Assembly (NCBI RefSeq): GCF_009914755.1
Contig: NC_060941.1
Strand: one strand, 5' to 3'
Length of the DNA: 64,000 bases
Source: the human T2T-CHM13v2.0 reference genome, Homo sapiens
The position numbers and the translations under genes are program-made. Below the pieces are notes generated by a model. The model was not told where the DNA came from and ran no database searches. It worked only from the letters and a program-made list of their open reading frames with translations. This document shows, piece after piece, positions 59,065-64,000 of the stretch (positions within the stretch are counted from its first letter, which is position 1; each line of letters opens with the position of its first letter).

Positions 59065-61031
59065 TCATCTTTTCATATTTTAGGTTCTGTGTAAAACTTC
59101 ATTAAACACAGGGCTCCACTGCTTAGATTTTTAAAATTAATGGGTAAATTACTGTTAAGGGCTTTTCAAGTTCTGACACTGTAATTCCAAATATGACTTT
59201 TCATTTATTGAGTTGGTTTAAATCAGGGTATGCCTGCAGCTTTGTCTTCCTTTCCCCCCCACAGAGCCCAACCAGGGCTGCAGAGGAGCTCAAGCCCATC
59301 GGGGCTGAACCCTGGTGTATGGGGAGGCAGAGGAGGGCCACGGATCCTTTTCACTCTTTATGTGACATCCCTTCCCCCATCTCGTGGCCTAGTGGTATGG
59401 CTGGGGCTCTGCCAGCTCCCTAAGACATCCCCAATTGCCCCTCTCTGGCACCAGTGCCTGCCGATGGCAGCTGCTGGAACTGGAGCTTGGCCTTAGTTTT
59501 ATGCCTGCTGGAGACTTGATCAGCAAGACCTGGGCAAACATAATGAGCCCCTTGCTGCTTCCTCACCCCTAAACTCTCCAGCTCCCTACATCCTTCCTCT
59601 GCAGCCCACAGAATGGAAGTGGTAAAGTAGCCCTCCCATCTGACAGCAGAGGCCAGGGCTGGGCCTCTCTGTTCTCTCAGCTTTTCACACCAGGAAAGGG
59701 AGGCAGAACTGGACTGAGTATCTTGATAGTCCTCAGGCTACTTGAATGATCGCCCTCAGTATGTTTTATTTGGTCACTGTGGAACACGGAAGGTCATCAC
59801 CGAGGAACTTCTGCATTGGAATCCTCTACCTCGGAAGAGGAATAAAAAAGTACGTCTCTGGAGCGTCTTCCCTCCGACGTTATCCGGCAGTTGTCCCCCC
59901 CTGCTGCTATCTCCAAGGCAATCAGGGCCAGTTTATGTCTACAGGGTCCCCTTCACTGACGATCTGAGACACTAGGCAGGTTGGAAAGGGTGGAGTGGTG
60001 CTAGGAGCAAATTATTCACCTGAAAAAAATAGAAAGTTAGATCCTTCTGTTTAGGATTGAAGAAAATAATGGTGTTTCCCAAAGGCCTGGAGTTAAGTGC
60101 TGCTTATGTGGTTTTCTGTCTTCCTTCCTGATCATGAGAGAAGCTACAGGAGCAGGAAGATGGGAATCCTGACTGATACACACTCTATTTCCAACAATAG
60201 TTTTGCTGATTATAGTTTGTTGAATGCCAATTATAAGCACTGCACATAACTTTCTCCCTAATCTTTACAACAATCCTTTAAACTAAGGCAACTCAGGCTT
60301 GCAAGAGTTAGGCAGTGTCCCCAAGATTGTGAATTTCTACTGATCTTTCAAGACACAGATCCAATGTCACTTCCTTTAAAAAAAAATATTTATTTACTTA
60401 TTTATGAGATGGGGTCTTCTTATGTTGCTCAAGATCACCTCAAACTCCTGGGCTCAAGGATCCTCCTGCCTCAGCCTGCAGAGTAAGCTGGGATTCTGTC
60501 ACCCAACACACCCAGCTCAATATCACCTTCCTTTGAAGCTTGCTCTAACCAGCCTTGGTTTGTCTTTGTTTTCTTGGCTTCCTGTGCATTTCTCTCTATT
60601 ACACAGCACTGTGTGTTTACCCACAGGTCTCCCACTTCAAACCACAAGCTCTTCTAAAGTCAGGGATTTACTTATTTCTTTGGTACCCTCACCTAGTACA
60701 ATGCCCACCCACTGGAGGCCTTCTGTGAATGGTATTATTAGCACTATCATTGTCCACCTGGAGGCAGCACACCCAGCTACCAGACCCCTTGTGCAGGAAA
60801 GCCAGCTCTCTGGCCAGGTGGCTGGGCTGTCAAACCCCTAAGTGAAGGGAAATGTCCACACAAGCCTCTGCTTATGCCCCTATGGAAGCCAGGGATGACT
60901 GTACCAGCAGTTTGCTGCATCCTCTTTGGATTCAGTGGAAGGTACAGTACTCATTGCTGGCATCAGCTGGGCTGTCCTTGGGGACACTGGGGCTATGCAG
61001 GAACATCTCTACCTTGGACTCAAAGACCCAG

Positions 61032-61384
61032 TGCTACGGTTTGAATGTGTCCCTCAAAAAGCATGTGTGGAAAGTTAATCCCCAACACAACAGTGTTGGA
61101 AGGTGGGGCCTAACGGGAGGTTTGTAGGTCATGAACTCCGTGCTCATGAATGGATTAATGACAATTATAAAAGGACTTGAGGCTGAGGCTGCAAGTTTGA
61201 TCTCTTGCTCTCTTGTCCTTTTGCCTTCTGCCATGGGATGACACAGCATGAAGGCCCTCACCAGATGCAGGCCCCTTGATCTTGGACTTCCCAGTCTTTA
61301 GAACTGTAAGAAATAAATCCATGCTTTAAATAAATTATCTAATCTCAGGTATTCTGTTATAGCAGCATGAAACAGACTAAGACA
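61032..61384 (+). mobile_element. Solo MaLR LTR (MST-type)
   Basis: TGCTACGGTTTGAATGTGTCCC..CAGACTAAGACA; 5-bp TSD CCCAG. Confidence 0.85.
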
Positions 61385-61842
61385 CCCAGTGAGGAAGCTG
61401 CAGGAAAGAAAACCCAGAAGGGGAAAAAGGGGTCAGTTGCAAGGGTCTCAGAGAAAGCTTCTCTTGAGTAGGGCTGCATCTCATAGGTAAAAGGGGAGAG
61501 GAATTCTCCACTAGGGCTAATGAACCCTGCTCCTAGCTGGGAAGTGGATAAAATGTCAGCAGGGGTCTGATTGAGGAACCAGGTTATGTCTGTCCTCTAG
61601 AAGCGGAGGCAAAACAGTCACAGGGGACAGTCACAGAGTGTCTCTGTAGACACCTTCCTTCTTCTGTTACTGGGGGAACACCTGGAGGCAGAAGGTGCTA
61701 GGGGTAATGATGGTGGCATTAGAGGCAGTAGGGAGGAGGGAGAGCATCCACTTCTGCCAGAGAACTTTGAGAGAAGTGGAGCAGATGAAACAATGAGGGG
61801 AGTGGCAGGGTATTGCCAATGGCTTAAATTATGAGCAGATAG

Positions 61843-62148
<306 letters not shown>

Positions 62149-62355
62149 TGATCCACCCACCTCGGCCTCCCAGAGTGCTGGGATTACAGGCGTGAGCCAC
62201 CGCGCCCGGCCGAGAAAGACATTTTCATAGGCTTCACTGACATATAGGAATTGACATGTGTGGCTGGGCACCGTGGCTCACGCCTGTAATCCCAGCACTT
62301 TGGGAGGCCGAGGCGGGTGGATCATGAGGTCAGGAGATGGAGACCATCCTGGCTA

Positions 62356-62610
<255 letters not shown>

Positions 62611-62696
62611 TCAAAGCCAAGGGAATTAATCCCTAATGGTAGGAGGTGATATTTGACAGGAATATTTGAGGATGTTGTTTTGAGGAGGAAGAGGAG

Positions 62697-63199
62697 TGTA
62701 TTAGTCAGGGTTCTCTAGAGGGACAGAACTAATAGGATATTATATACATATATATATATATGAGTATATATATATGAGTTTATATATATATGAGTTTATA
62801 TATATATATATGAGTTTATTAAGGAATATTAAACTCACATGATCACAAGGTCCCACAATAGTCCATCTGCAAGCTGAGGAGCAAGGAAGCCAGTTCGAAT
62901 CCCAAAGGTGAAGAACTTGGAGTCTGATGTTCGAGTGCAGGAAACATCCAGCATGGGAGAAAGATGTAGGCTGGGAGGCTAAGCCAGTCTAGTATTTTCA
63001 CATTCTTCTGCCTGCTTTTATCCTAGCTGTGCTGGCAGCTGATTAGATTGTGTCCAGCCAGATTAAGGGTGGGTCTGCCTTTCCCAGCCCACTGACTCAA
63101 ACGTTAATCTCCTTTGGAAATACCCTCACAGACACACCCAGGATCAATACTTTGCACCTTTCAATCCAATCAAGTTGACACTCAGTACTAACCATCACA
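62697..63199 (-). mobile_element. Solo HERV-L LTR (MLT2A1-like) with internal (TA)n
   Basis: Minus strand TGTGATGGTTAGTACTGAGTGTCAACTTG..CTAATACA; 5-bp TSD AGGAG. Confidence 0.9.
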
Positions 63200-63570
63200 A
63201 GGAGGTAAAAGAGAAAGAGGAAAGGGCAGCCATAAAGAAAGGGAGCCTTGGCCTGAGGACACGGGCCTCTTCTGTTCTCTCAGGGAGACCCACCTGAGCA
63301 TAGATCACCTTTCCAGGTGGACTAGAGGCTCCAGGAGGCCCCTCCAAGCCTCTCCCACTATGCAAGCCTTGCTCTCTCTTCTATCCTGTATTGGGAAGGG
63401 GGGTAGAATACAGGATAAGATGAGCTCTCCAGCCCCTGGGGAACCCCCCAGGGGGAGATCCTAGGGGAGTGAGGTACAGGGTTAGTGAGCCAATAGGCAT
63501 GACTGAGCATCTATTAGGCGTCAGTTTCCGAACACACAGGGATGTGTAGGACACGGTGTCATCCATGTAA

Positions 63571-63906
<336 letters not shown>

Positions 63907-64000
63907 TAGCCAGGATGAACTCGATCTCCTGACCTCGTGATCCTCCATCCTTGGCCTCCCAAAGCGGTGGGATTACAGGTGTGAGGCACTGCACCCGGCC

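Overview
Human genomic DNA: Alu-dense, with a human-specific AluYb8; the locus is inferred to be 17q21.2. The window holds the complete TOP2A gene (DNA topoisomerase II alpha) on the minus strand. All 35 coding exons were mapped by hand (ATG 51288-51290, TAA 23013-23015); exon lengths and phases sum to the 1531-aa protein, with two GC-AG introns (6 and 31). The CpG-island promoter has five inverted CCAAT boxes and two GC boxes; the 3'UTR ends near 22015. Also present: a PPIA processed pseudogene, a 5S rRNA pseudogene, a Y1 RNA pseudogene in intron 33, seven solo LTRs (LTR7-type, two MLT2A, MER66-like, LTR12C, MER83-like, MST-type), old L1/L2/MIR/MER5/MER20 fragments and many Alus. Most ORF-track entries are Alu artefacts. 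I see no new protein-coding system. Best leads, all untested: (1) an Alu whose target-site duplication copied the exon-28 splice donor into the loop of an inverted-Alu hairpin; (2) Alus inserted at the branch regions of exons 34 and 14; (3) two MLT2A LTRs pointing toward TOP2A, each with an intact donor and a candidate terminal exon; (4) local rearrangement scars. Repeat subfamily names come from remembered consensus sequences, and repeat boundaries are approximate unless a TSD is given.
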